From the NCBI GenBank assembly GCA_964508365.1, contig CAZDTP010000001.1, forward strand, positions 32,001 through 96,000: a stretch of 64,000 bases of DNA, read 5' to 3'. The position numbers and the translations under genes were made by a program. Positions 20,731-31,101 of this stretch are shown here, one piece after another. Origin of the DNA: an uncultured archaeon. Lineage in GTDB: Archaea > Asgardarchaeota > Lokiarchaeia > Sigyniarchaeales > SOKP01. Below the pieces are notes generated by a model. That model was not told the DNA's origin, ran no database searches, and saw only the letters and a program-made list of their open reading frames with translations. Positions within the stretch are counted from its first letter, which is position 1; each line of letters starts with the position of its first letter.

Positions 20731-21612
20731 TCATTCAGTAGAATTTATTAGAAATTCTACTAAATTTCCAAGTTTCTTAACATTAGAATAGATTTTGGGA
20801 GCATTTTCTTCCAAGTATGGTTTAAAAACTTCCCAATTTTCTCGTTTTACGAGAGGAGTCCTAGATAATAGATTTCTTACTTCGTTAAAATCGTTAGTGA
20901 AAATTAGTGCGTTATCAGTTTTATTTGCTTTATCGCTTAGAAGAAATAAGTAATAGTCGTTAAGCTCCTGAGGGTTCATGACATTTGGAGGTTTTTTTCC
21001 ATCTCCTGCCTTACTTCCTCTCAGCATACGTGTATCTACTTGAGTAGGTAGAACCATGTTAAAATTAATATTTTCTTTTTTATATTCTAATGCTAATGCA
21101 TTTTGTAAGCCTACTACGGCATATTTACTTGCGGTGTAGGCAGCAAGCTTTGGCATAGGATTCGTAAACGCTGCACTTCCAGTGATAATGAATCTTGATT
21201 TATTATTCTTATCATCTTTCTTAAGATAAGGATAAGCTGCTTTAAAAGCAAAAAATACACCTGATACATTAATAGTCAGTATCTCAGAAAATTTATTACT
21301 ATCAAATTCATGGCTATCCCACATCCTCGAATATCCTGCGTTAGCAATTACTCCATTAAATTCTCCTAAATCCTTATGAAATACCTTAAATGCGTCTTCA
21401 ATTTCTTCATATTTAGTCACATCTGAGGTTTTAACTGATACCTTTACTCCAGTTCCTAAATTAATAATCTCATCTTTAACTTCATTTAATTCATCAATAG
21501 TTCTTGCAGTAAGACCAAGGTTTGCACCTTCTTTTGCACAAGCGATAGCTACAGATTTTCCTATACCTCTTCCCGATCCTGTGATTACTATGGTTTTCCC
21601 TTTTAATAACAT
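20731..21612 (-). CDS. SDR-family oxidoreductase
   Basis: ITGSGRGIG, ANAG and YTASK (YxxxK). Confidence 0.92.
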   Translation of the reverse strand: MLLKGKTIVITGSGRGIGKSVAIACAKEGANLGLTARTIDELNEVKDEIINLGTGVKVSVKTSDVTKYEEIEDAFKVFHKDLGEFNGVIANAGYSRMWDSHEFDSNKFSEILTINVSGVFFAFKAAYPYLKKDDKNNKSRFIITGSAAFTNPMPKLAAYTASKYAVVGLQNALALEYKKENINFNMVLPTQVDTRMLRGSKAGDGKKPPNVMNPQELNDYYLFLLSDKANKTDNALIFTNDFNEVRNLLSRTPLVKRENWEVFKPYLEENAPKIYSNVKKLGNLVEFLINSTE

Positions 21613-21721
21613 AATAAAAAAATAGAAGAGTAAAAAAAAAAATTAACTAAAATTTATTCTTATATTTTTTTTTATAGAAATGCAAAAATTAATGTTCAGT
21701 TATACAATTTATCACCTAGCC

Positions 21722-22291
21722 ATGGAAAATTTATATGAAAAACTCTTGAAAAGACTTAAAGGCGTTAAAAACATAGTTTTTATGGGGATTGGAGAGGAGA
21801 AATTAAGCGATGACGGCGTTGGACCCTATATTATCAGTGAACTTTTAGATTATTCAAGCAAAAAAATTCTATTCATAAACGCTGGAACAGATCCCATGGC
21901 TCGAATTGATGATGTCGTAACTTTTAAACCAACTTATCTAATCCTTATAGACACCTGTACTGTAAATAAGCCCCCTGGAATGGTTACGATATTGGAACGT
22001 GAAAGCATTAAGGAATATGTGCCAATATCTACACATACTATTCCTGTACACGTAGTAATTGATTTAATTGTTGAAAAATTACCAGAATTAAATATCTTTA
22101 TGATTGGATTTGTTCCGGAAAGTCTTGAGGGTTTTAAAGAGTTAAAACTATACAAACAAGATGATTTGACTCTCGAGGAGCGATCAAATAACATTGATCT
22201 ACCTTTTTTTGAAATAAATCTAACTAAAACATTAAAAACTGAAGCAGATAAACTAATAGAAATAATTAAGAAATTAATTGACTCCATTTAA
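21722..22291 (+). CDS. Hydrogenase maturation protease (HycI-like)
   Basis: VFMGIGEEKLSDDGVG, ILIDT and STHTIP motifs. Start moved to MENL. Confidence 0.8.
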   Translation: MENLYEKLLKRLKGVKNIVFMGIGEEKLSDDGVGPYIISELLDYSSKKILFINAGTDPMARIDDVVTFKPTYLILIDTCTVNKPPGMVTILERESIKEYVPISTHTIPVHVVIDLIVEKLPELNIFMIGFVPESLEGFKELKLYKQDDLTLEERSNNIDLPFFEINLTKTLKTEADKLIEIIKKLIDSI

Positions 22292-22306
22292 GGTTTGAGT
22301 ATCATT

Positions 22307-22489
22307 CTAAGATTCTTTAGTGTAATGGTTTACGATAATATTTATTGTATTTGAAAAAATTTGTTTTTCCTCGTCATTTAGTTCTTTTTTTAATCTTTCA
22401 AGAAACTTTATAACCTTGTCAGCTTCTCTTATGTTTCTCACATGATCAGAACCCTCTTTATTTAACGAGCCACCCCATGCCATTATCAT
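22307..22489 (-). CDS. Small hypothetical protein
   Basis: 60-aa ORF 20 nt downstream of a co-oriented gene, with AAGGT SD-like motif and an amphipathic helix. Confidence 0.55.
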   Translation of the reverse strand: MIMAWGGSLNKEGSDHVRNIREADKVIKFLERLKKELNDEEKQIFSNTINIIVNHYTKES

Positions 22490-22509
22490 ACCTTCTAAAT
22501 CTATATTTT

Positions 22510-23901
22510 TTATTTATTTGGATCTTCAGTTACCTTCAAGAATGGGCGGAGAAATTCTTGCTTCATGTTGATTTTATTCCTAACCTTATCTATTCTCATT
22601 AATGGAATCAATTTTTCGTTCAATTTTTTTGCGCGTTCGTCATTTTGCGGGAAAGTGTCATAAAATCCATGTTTTTCGTAGTATTCGTGATCGGCTAGAA
22701 ATACAAATCGATTTCTTCCATAGATATCATCTCGAAATATTTTTTTACCTCCTTCTCCTAAAAAAGTTATTGGTTTTATGTAATCTGCTTTGGAAAATGT
22801 AACTAATCTCCTAGCAAAATCGAGCAGTAAGGCATCTATGTCTTCTGATGTTCCAAATTCATCAGTAATAATGTCTACAAAATTTGAGTCTTGAATTTCT
22901 ACATGAGCTTGAAACATTTGAGCAAGATTTGGAATTTGATTAAAAGGGCCAGAAATAATGTAACCCATCTGTTTTCCTATTAGAGTTGGTGTATGAGTCA
23001 TATAGAAAGCCCGATCTTGAACCATCTTCCATCTTGATGAAAGATATCTATCTTTAATTACGCCAGCAAAAACAAGAATATCCGAAGTCATAACTACATT
23101 TTCCCAGAATTCGATAAAACCATCCTTTCCCAAATAGGAACATTTATGATCGTAACCACATTGTAGACATGAGATACATCCCCCTTTAATATCGATATCA
23201 TATAAATTTATGATTTCAATCTCGCTTGAAAAAGAGTCTTTAAACCTTTTAATCATTTTTCCTAAATTGGAGTTTTCGTTAGTCTCATCACTAAGAATAA
23301 GAATTTTTTTACCATGCGTATCGATTTTCTTTGAATCATCTAATATTTTGCCAGGAGTATATTTAAAGTCTCTCATATTTAAAGGAGCGTAGTGTTTTGA
23401 AGTAGGATATTTATTTTCAACATGTTTTATAAATTCCTCAACGAATAAAAGCCATCCTGCTCGTCGTTTGGGGTAAAGAAGATCCCAACTGTCTGCAGAA
23501 TAATAACCCACATACTTCATTTTAAGGTCATCACAGATACTATTCATATAATTCTGGGCAGTATGATCGTAGAAATGAATAGAGGTTGATAAGACAAAAG
23601 TATATTTATTTTCGAATGCGGTTTCAGAATTTCTTTCGAAAATTAATTCAATAAACCGCTTATATTGGGAGCAAACTAGCATTACATATAAGGGAAAACC
23701 CCATATTACACCGTCTGATTCTTTTACCTGAAGGATAATGTCTTCGAATCTCTTTTCGTCATTTTCAATCTTTTTAATTGTTTGTGCGATGTTTATTATA
23801 TTATATTCATGTTCCGGATGTTTTTTCTTAATGTATAAAATGTATTGCATGGTTACAGATTCTCTCCCCTTTGGCGAACCGTTGAGTATTATGAACTTCA
23901 T
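22510..23901 (-). CDS. Tandem NADPH-dependent FMN reductase / iron-sulfur flavoprotein
   Basis: Two flavodoxin-like repeats (LNGSPKG; GCISCLQC..C Fe-S motif in the second). Confidence 0.8.
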   Translation of the reverse strand: MKFIILNGSPKGRESVTMQYILYIKKKHPEHEYNIINIAQTIKKIENDEKRFEDIILQVKESDGVIWGFPLYVMLVCSQYKRFIELIFERNSETAFENKYTFVLSTSIHFYDHTAQNYMNSICDDLKMKYVGYYSADSWDLLYPKRRAGWLLFVEEFIKHVENKYPTSKHYAPLNMRDFKYTPGKILDDSKKIDTHGKKILILSDETNENSNLGKMIKRFKDSFSSEIEIINLYDIDIKGGCISCLQCGYDHKCSYLGKDGFIEFWENVVMTSDILVFAGVIKDRYLSSRWKMVQDRAFYMTHTPTLIGKQMGYIISGPFNQIPNLAQMFQAHVEIQDSNFVDIITDEFGTSEDIDALLLDFARRLVTFSKADYIKPITFLGEGGKKIFRDDIYGRNRFVFLADHEYYEKHGFYDTFPQNDERAKKLNEKLIPLMRIDKVRNKINMKQEFLRPFLKVTEDPNK

Positions 23902-24202
23902 AGTTTTTTAATCGTTCTCAAGTATTTTTATTTTTAATCTCCATATGTTTGGAAATTAAAATTCTGTTTTAAAAATTATCATTAAGTATTTTAAAAATCA
24001 ATTTAAATTTTGGTTGCTTGTAGATTTTTAAAACGATTCCCATTTATAGTTTAAAATTTAAAATTTCACTATTCTTAAATTTTAACTCGAAGGTCATTTT
24101 TTAAATTGAATTAAAATTTGAATGTACCGTTAATATCGATGGAAAATTTCAGAATTTACTTTATCTTCCGATAAAGAAATAATCTATTTGAATGAAAAAA
24201 AG

Positions 24203-24928
24203 TTATTTTTTATTAAGAAATATTTTTTTGACTATCTTAGGTAAGATAAACCCAATATAGAATTCTATTGCGCTTGAAATTAAGATAATCCTCGCTATCG
24301 TAAGAGTGACTATATTTAAAGGTAGAGCGGCATCCATTACTGCACCAATGGCCCATGAAACAAATGCAACTGTCAGAAATTTACCTTTAAGAGTTATTTC
24401 TGAATCTTCTGATTTCATGGATTCACGACCAAAAAATAATCCCGTAACTAAAACAGTTAAAACAATAAATATGGCCCAAAGTAACACTACTCCTCTATAA
24501 GTCACATCTAAATCTCCAGAAAGGCTTCCAATAACAGTTGGATCAATAGTAAGGAAATAAACGAAATATATCTCAAACATTAACCCAACTATTATATATA
24601 TTATCATCAATAGTTTTTTTCTATTCTGGAATTTAAATTCCGTAAAGGAATATATCCAGATTACTAAAATTAAAGGAGATGCGATATTTCCGATTGCAAA
24701 ATAGGTAACTGAATCAATTCCAGTAGTCGTGATAAGATATTTCAAAAATGATACCGTGCTAGGAAGCCAGGGTGTTGTTAAACCAATCCAAGTTATTCCG
24801 ATCAATAAATAGGTCACATTTCGGAACTGGCGATATTTTGATGCAATAGTAATTCCTACTATCATTGATATAAGCACAAAAATGAGGCTAAAACTACCAT
24901 TTAAAATTTCTAAAGGTTCAAGACTCAT
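24203..24928 (-). CDS. Seven-TM membrane protein (sensor-like, no output domain)
   Basis: About 7 hydrophobic segments. No catalytic motif. Confidence 0.7.
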   Translation of the reverse strand: MSLEPLEILNGSFSLIFVLISMIVGITIASKYRQFRNVTYLLIGITWIGLTTPWLPSTVSFLKYLITTTGIDSVTYFAIGNIASPLILVIWIYSFTEFKFQNRKKLLMIIYIIVGLMFEIYFVYFLTIDPTVIGSLSGDLDVTYRGVVLLWAIFIVLTVLVTGLFFGRESMKSEDSEITLKGKFLTVAFVSWAIGAVMDAALPLNIVTLTIARIILISSAIEFYIGFILPKIVKKIFLNKK

Positions 24929-25102
24929 TCTACATCATAATTTGTTATAATTATTCATTAAAAGTTAGAATTACTAACATAATAAAATTAAGAGTATAAA
25001 AGCTTCATTAAAATGTTTTCTAGACAAATGAATTGTTTATGAACTTATAATATAACTCTTATCGCTATAGATTTTAATTTTTGTTTTATTATACTTTAAT
25101 GT

Positions 25103-26329
25103 CTAATTTATTAGGTTCCATGAGGAAACTAAGATAATTAACGCTAGGATTGCAATACAACATAATCCAATCCAAGATAATAAAGCATTTTTTACATAGT
25201 TAATTTTGAACTTGACCGCTTCATGGGGACATAATTCTACGCAACAGAAACAAGTAATACACTTATTCTTATCCCATTTTGGAATATTTCCTTTTTTTAT
25301 CTCATCAGGCGGTGTAATCGCATTAACTGGGCAATTAGTCCAGCAAGTAGAACACAACTTGCATTTCTCTTTATTGAACTTTACTGAGGCTTTAAATATT
25401 GTTTTTCCAATATAATTTGCCAACCATTTTGGTAAAGGCATTGATATTGGTCGAAGTTTTGGGCGTTTAAATTGTCGAAAAACAGATTCAATAGGCTCTC
25501 CGAGAAATTCTACGCTTTCTAAGTCAGTAGTTCCCAATTTCTTTTTTTCAGCTTTTTCTAAATACAATATTTCTTCTGGTTCAAATCCAATTATTTTACA
25601 CACTGCAGTATCAAGAGCAACGCCATCATATCCGGCTAAAATTATATCTAATTTAATCACATCGCCGCTAGAGGGACCTTGGCCTTCTTGACAGTAGTAC
25701 CCATCTATAACCGTTAATTGCGGTTTAGATATTGAATATATATCTACTAATGCCGAACAAAATCGCTCCAAGATTGCTGCTTGAGCATGGGTTTTAGCTT
25801 TATTTGCCAGAAGCACGGTCCCAAACATATTTTTAATACAGCATGTTAAGGTGCATTGCGAGTGGGTTTTAATTTTAGGAATGTTAATGATCAAATCTGC
25901 TTCTTTAATCAAAAGAGAACTCGATATCTCTTTCAATTCGAAAGGATCTTTGACTTCATAAATTACACGCTCAGTTTTTTCAAAAGGTATACAGATTGCT
26001 CCTTCTTCTTCGCAAATATCCTGGATACCACTTTCTTTCATGGCTGTTTCTGTAATCCCGGGTTTTTGACCCCCAGCAGAATCACTTACGTAAATTTTTG
26101 ATGGATTGAATTTTTTTACCCATTGAATCACAGCCCGAACAACTTCTGGATGAGTATTAACTGCTCTCTCAGCTGGTTTACCCATTAAGATATTCGGTTT
26201 TAATAGCACTACCATATTATCTTTTTGCATTAGTTGTTGAGCATTAATAAGTTCAAGTGCTGAAAAAACAGATGATTTTACATCCTCATTTTTAATTTTC
26301 TGAATAGCTACTTTGGTTATATAACCCAT
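25103..26329 (-). CDS. DUF362-family Fe-S protein with 2x[4Fe-4S] ferredoxin domain and C-terminal TM anchor
   Basis: LLKPN, KIKTH, CCIKNMFG, CKLCSTCWTNCP and CITCFCCVELCP. Confidence 0.88.
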   Translation of the reverse strand: MGYITKVAIQKIKNEDVKSSVFSALELINAQQLMQKDNMVVLLKPNILMGKPAERAVNTHPEVVRAVIQWVKKFNPSKIYVSDSAGGQKPGITETAMKESGIQDICEEEGAICIPFEKTERVIYEVKDPFELKEISSSLLIKEADLIINIPKIKTHSQCTLTCCIKNMFGTVLLANKAKTHAQAAILERFCSALVDIYSISKPQLTVIDGYYCQEGQGPSSGDVIKLDIILAGYDGVALDTAVCKIIGFEPEEILYLEKAEKKKLGTTDLESVEFLGEPIESVFRQFKRPKLRPISMPLPKWLANYIGKTIFKASVKFNKEKCKLCSTCWTNCPVNAITPPDEIKKGNIPKWDKNKCITCFCCVELCPHEAVKFKINYVKNALLSWIGLCCIAILALIILVSSWNLIN

Positions 26330-26408
26330 AATTAGTATTCATTTGTAGAAAGTTAAAAGATTTAGCAAAATAAAATAGAAAGAGAAAAAAATATTTAAAA
26401 CTTATATT

Positions 26409-26660
26409 TTATCCGCCAGCCTGCGTAGCCATTACGGTAATTACATCCTTTTTTGGATGAATTCCTATTTTAGCGAACTTTAACTGGTCAGGAAGTACTT
26501 TTCCTTTAAAGATAAATTGAATAGCAAGAATAGGATTAAGTTTATATTCCCGTTGAACCGTTTTTTTAATTTCTGCTATAGATTGGTTTGGATCTACTTC
26601 AATTAATTTAATAGCCTGATCTGGTGGAACACCAGTTAATCTAAAGCGATATTGGGTCGT
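26409..26660 (-). CDS. Eukaryote-type ubiquitin-like protein (83 aa, C-terminal GG), putative ACG start; missing from ORF track
   Basis: Hand translation: (M/T)TQYRFRLTGVPPDQAIKLIEVDPNQSIAEIKKTVQREYKLNPILAIQFIFKGKVLPDQLKFAKIGIHPKKDVITVMATQAGG*. Contains the Ub hallmark FIFKGKVLPD..IGI and a terminal GG-stop. Confidence 0.85.
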   Translation of the reverse strand, partial: TTQYRFRLTGVPPDQAIKLIEVDPNQSIAEIKKTVQREYKLNPILAIQFIFKGKVLPDQLKFAKIGIHPKKDVITVMATQAGG

Positions 26661-26667
26661 GAGTTTT

Positions 26668-26675
26668 TCACATCC
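26668..26675 (-). promoter_or_regulatory. Shine-Dalgarno-like GGATGTGA, 7 nt upstream of the ACG of the Ubl gene
   Basis: 7/8 match to archaeal GGAGGTGA. Spacing is similar to AGGTGA sites ahead of ATG 15812 and ATG 38704. Confidence 0.6.
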
Positions 26676-26901
26676 TTTTTAGTTGTATTTTTTTTTACAT
26701 TATTTAAATTATTACTATAATAATGTGAAAATTTTTAATTAAAAACAAAGGTATTTTTGATTAAATTGAAGTTTAGTTGGTTAAGAATGTATTTTTAGAT
26801 AAAACAAGGTCCAGATTCATAATTCCTTAAAGTCAATCTACCTAAAACTAAAGTATAAGTATAACCAAAAGTATAAATTTCTAAATATCTTTTTAATATT
26901 T

Positions 26902-28254
26902 ATGTCTAAATTCGTGGTAACTGCTAAAGTAAAGGAAAAAGTTTTATCAGAAATAAAAAAAATTGATCAAAACGATTTGCGGATTCTTTATTTATTACGG
27001 AATTTAGGACCATTGCGATTTACGAATATTATAGAATATTCTGGTTTGAGTAGATCTACAGTATCTAAATATATAAAGTTCCATATCTCTAAAAATAATG
27101 TTGAAAAAAAAATTTATAGAAATCCTTCAAAGAACATCCAAGAACAGCGCTATTTTATAACAGATTTAGGTACTGAAAAGCTTGGTGAGGATTATATTAG
27201 TAATGATGAATCAATTAATTTTAGTGAAATTAATGATCTTATTTTGAACCTTTCTGAATTAAAAAACTTTTACAAAGAAATTAGCGTTGCAGAATCTATA
27301 ATAACAGATATCACTCGAAATATTATTAATATGGGTGAAAATTATTTTTTTATAGAACAAAATCGTGATTTATATCTTACGCTCTTTTACATCTACAACA
27401 ATTCCGTTCTAACAAGAGATTTCAAATTTGAGATTATAGAATTCTGTAAACACTATAATGTAAAGAAATTAAGAATAGATTTTTATGTAGATCGCCTTTT
27501 ATCCAGCGATTTAGGATTATATATGTTTAGTCGGGGTGAAGATAAATTCTTTTTTCACAGAGAAGATGTACTAGGCGTTACGACCATACGATTAATTAAA
27601 GATAATTTGATAAACGAGATTGTTGAGTTGAGCATAGCTGAAGAAAAAATGATCTCTGACTTAGATTTAGATAAATTATCTGAAGATATAACTGAGAAAT
27701 TATTAGAAATGGAATTAATATGGGATATAAACGAATCTCAAGGGATCAGCGGAATAAAAGAGCCATTTGAAATGTTGGTTGAGAAAATGATAATTAAATA
27801 TGCTCTAGAGATGGGTATTCCAAGAACATCACTGATGGATATTGCGTTACAGTCTAAAAAACTGTTAAAAGCAGTAGGTGGAAAGAACTCTTTATATAAT
27901 ATTATAAACGATTCTGAGCGATATGAAGATTTAAATCTAATTTCAATCTCAGAATCTGAGGAGACCGAATTATTTCAAAGTCTAAAGTTACTACGCGGTT
28001 TTTGCCCAAAATGTGGTAAAACAGTGTTAAAAAATGATCTATCAAATATATGTGTTAGATGCGGATTAAACTTCGAAAACTATGAATTAATAAAGGATAT
28101 TGAGGCAGCAAGTGATTTAAGTGTTGCATATAAAATTACATCTATTGAAGGAGAAAAAGAAATTGAATGTCCTAATCCAAATTGCAATTATTATGTAAAA
28201 CCAAGTTGGGTTGAGTGCCCTGAGTGCCTTACTCCTTTGAGAAAAAAAATGTAA
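26902..28254 (+). CDS. Winged-HTH (MarR/ArsR-like) protein with C-terminal zinc ribbons
   Basis: LRILYLL..GPLRFTNIIEYSGLSRSTVSKYI wHTH; CPKC..CVRC and CPNPNC..CPEC ribbons. Confidence 0.75.
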   Translation: MSKFVVTAKVKEKVLSEIKKIDQNDLRILYLLRNLGPLRFTNIIEYSGLSRSTVSKYIKFHISKNNVEKKIYRNPSKNIQEQRYFITDLGTEKLGEDYISNDESINFSEINDLILNLSELKNFYKEISVAESIITDITRNIINMGENYFFIEQNRDLYLTLFYIYNNSVLTRDFKFEIIEFCKHYNVKKLRIDFYVDRLLSSDLGLYMFSRGEDKFFFHREDVLGVTTIRLIKDNLINEIVELSIAEEKMISDLDLDKLSEDITEKLLEMELIWDINESQGISGIKEPFEMLVEKMIIKYALEMGIPRTSLMDIALQSKKLLKAVGGKNSLYNIINDSERYEDLNLISISESEETELFQSLKLLRGFCPKCGKTVLKNDLSNICVRCGLNFENYELIKDIEAASDLSVAYKITSIEGEKEIECPNPNCNYYVKPSWVECPECLTPLRKKM

Positions 28255-28407
28255 TAGCAATAGTTAACTCAATAATAATCTAATTTTATTGCAGACTGTT
28301 ATCATTTAAAAATTAAAAAAAACTGAGATTTTTAGTAACTGATTTATATTGTCAGTTAGACATTAAATCCATCCATTCTATTGCCATATAATTAATTCCA
28401 TTTTATT

Positions 28408-29880
28408 ATGTTAGGGCACACCACTATTAGAGATTTTAAAATCAACGATTTTTTAACATTGAAGTTGGAGGGGGGAAGAACAATTATTTATGTCAATAAT
28501 CGCCCTTTTAGGCAATGCATGTATTTACTTTTAGACATTTCAGTGGATCGAGTTGAAAAATATGACGAAATCCGCTCAATTGACGAAGCAGCTGTGAAAT
28601 TGAGTCGTAAGATGGAGCAAAATCATAGATTAGTCCCTCCGGAAACAGAATTTTGGGGTCATTGCTCTAATCTTCAAGCTTGGGTTGATAATGATTATGA
28701 TACTCGAATTCTTCATCGTAATTTAGCATTTCCCTTATTGAAAGCACTCTGTGATGCTGGAGATCTGATAGCCAGAAGAAAATTTAAAGAAGAAATAGCT
28801 ATGAGATATGCTACCGGACATCCAACTGTAGTTAGGTTTCTTACTCAAAACGGTTATTTACATTATTTGACTGAAGATGAATTTGAAAGTATCCTAATTG
28901 ACATCGATTTTCCTAGTATTAAAGAATTTTCAAGAAAAATTTCAACACAATTAAAAACTCTGAACGATCCCGTATCTGAGAAAGAAATCAAATTACAAGT
29001 TTCGAAGTTTATGCATAATTTTCGGTTCTCCTTCAAGTATTTACTCCTAATTAAATCGATAGAAAACATTCCTAATGAATTAAAACAGGCATTCGTTGAA
29101 ATTATTTATAGTCGATATAAAAACAATAGAAGTTTTCCTATCCTTAAATTTCTGAACAAAGCTTTAGTAAATTATGAGAATTTAGATTTTAAATTGCTTA
29201 CATACAAAGACAAATTAATTGGAATTCTGCAAAATAATTTTCTAAATCTCCGTAATAAAATGATTGAAGATGTCGTAGATATTAAAGGTTTAGAAGAAAT
29301 CGAAGCAAATGTAGAGCATCTAGATCTAAGTAATAATAGACTTACTAAAATAAAAGGTTTAGATCGCTTAGAGAATTTAAAGAAGCTGATTTTAAAAAAT
29401 AACTATATTGGGAAAATTGAAGGGATTGAAGAACTTAAAAACTTAGAGTTGCTAGATCTGTCTGGAAATATTGATATTAAAGAAATACCAGAATGTTTGA
29501 ATGAGTTACCCAACTTACAGATTGTTAAATTAACAGGATGTAGAATTAGAGCTTTTTCAGATTCAGTTATGAGATATTTTTGGATGGGACAGAATTTCAG
29601 GTATTATACCGATTATACTAATGAAGAAGTCCAATATTACGAAAAAATTTACTCCTCAAGAGCGAGAGCTAATAATAGATTATACAAACATTTTGTCAAA
29701 TGGCTATTAAGGATTAGAGCTCAGATGATTAATTTTAACTTTGATCTTAAAGATATCAACAGGTATGAGCAGAAAAACTCTAAAACTGCCTTGTGCTCAG
29801 GTAATCCTACCAGAAGTTTCCTGAGTTATCTTGATGATAAAAAGCAATTACGAATAACAAAATTTTTAGGAATTGCTTAA
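28408..29880 (+). CDS. Leucine-rich repeat protein with conserved N-terminal domain
   Basis: LRRs: HLDLSNNRLTKIKGL, KLILKNNYIGKIEGI, LLDLSGN. Confidence 0.85.
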   Translation: MLGHTTIRDFKINDFLTLKLEGGRTIIYVNNRPFRQCMYLLLDISVDRVEKYDEIRSIDEAAVKLSRKMEQNHRLVPPETEFWGHCSNLQAWVDNDYDTRILHRNLAFPLLKALCDAGDLIARRKFKEEIAMRYATGHPTVVRFLTQNGYLHYLTEDEFESILIDIDFPSIKEFSRKISTQLKTLNDPVSEKEIKLQVSKFMHNFRFSFKYLLLIKSIENIPNELKQAFVEIIYSRYKNNRSFPILKFLNKALVNYENLDFKLLTYKDKLIGILQNNFLNLRNKMIEDVVDIKGLEEIEANVEHLDLSNNRLTKIKGLDRLENLKKLILKNNYIGKIEGIEELKNLELLDLSGNIDIKEIPECLNELPNLQIVKLTGCRIRAFSDSVMRYFWMGQNFRYYTDYTNEEVQYYEKIYSSRARANNRLYKHFVKWLLRIRAQMINFNFDLKDINRYEQKNSKTALCSGNPTRSFLSYLDDKKQLRITKFLGIA

Positions 29881-30062
29881 ATTAATTATTTAGCGTGGTT
29901 GAAATAGTAATTCTACATAGGTAAGTCAGGTTACTTGTCCTTGTAGATATTAAAATTTTACATAGCAAGAAATTCCAATTACTATATAGGTTAAATTATA
30001 GTTCGAGTAAAATTTTTCAAAAATAACTTCTTATCTTTCTAAATTATTACAATATTATCAAA

Positions 30063-31013
30063 CTAGGAATAATCTAGCATTCTTTCGATTGGGATTAATG
30101 CTTTTTTTGCAATTTCAGAAGGAACTTTTACCTCAAACATCGGATCATCTAAATGATCGAGTACGTACCTCATAAGTTCTATCGTGTTCTTTTTCATATT
30201 ATGACATAGAAGTTTCTCACTAATAAGGTGGAAATTCTTATTAGGGAAATCTTGTGCCATTCTCTCCATTAAACCTTTTTCTGTTCCGATACAAAACTCA
30301 TTTTCCGATGTAGTGCTATTTTTTACTCGGTTATACAATTGTGTTGTAGAACCTACAAATTCTGCTAAATCTCTGACTTCTCTAATACATTCGGGGTGAA
30401 CTAATATTTTACCCTTAGGATAAGCAATTCTGATTTTCTCCATATCTTCAATAGTTAATTGAGAATGCACGTAGCAATTTCCTTTTTCGGGCATTTTAAT
30501 GCATTTGATTCCTGATTTTTGCTCGGCATAATCTGCTAAATTCGCATCGGGTCCAAATAATACTGCTTTTGTATTGAATTCTGAACTAATTCGCTTTACA
30601 ATTTTAACTGCGTTTGAAGAGGTACAGCAGATGTCTGATTCCGCTTTAACTGCTGCTGTAGAGTTAACATAAACTACTACTGGTAAATTGAAATTGTTTA
30701 ATCTGAACTCTTTTACTTTATCCGCTGTTAAATAAGCTGCCATTGGGCAACTTGACTCGGGATTTGGTATCAGAACTTTTTTATTTTGATTTAAAATTGA
30801 AGCTGTCTCTGCCATAAAATCTACACCAGCAAATATAATGTAATCTGTGTCTGCTTTATTCGCAAGCCGGGATAAGCCTAAAGAATCACCTAAATGATCT
30901 GCAATATTTTGGATTTCTATAGGTTGGTAATAGTGAGCTAAAATTGTTGTCCCCGTTTCTTTTTTAAGTTTTAAAATTTCTTCTTGTATCTGTGTGACTG
31001 ACATTTTCTTCAA
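30063..31013 (-). CDS. nadA: Quinolinate synthase
   Basis: LAHYYQ, GDSLGLS, GVDFMAE, SCPMA, VYVNS, CTSSN, CYVH, HPEC and CHNMK (three Fe-S Cys). Confidence 0.96.
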   Translation of the reverse strand: MKKMSVTQIQEEILKLKKETGTTILAHYYQPIEIQNIADHLGDSLGLSRLANKADTDYIIFAGVDFMAETASILNQNKKVLIPNPESSCPMAAYLTADKVKEFRLNNFNLPVVVYVNSTAAVKAESDICCTSSNAVKIVKRISSEFNTKAVLFGPDANLADYAEQKSGIKCIKMPEKGNCYVHSQLTIEDMEKIRIAYPKGKILVHPECIREVRDLAEFVGSTTQLYNRVKNSTTSENEFCIGTEKGLMERMAQDFPNKNFHLISEKLLCHNMKKNTIELMRYVLDHLDDPMFEVKVPSEIAKKALIPIERMLDYS

Positions 31014-31101
31014 TATATATTGTGAAGTTCTTAAATAATCAAAAGTAATTAATATTTAATATAATTTAATTGAATTTATAATAATTATAAAGTGGAATAC
31101 A

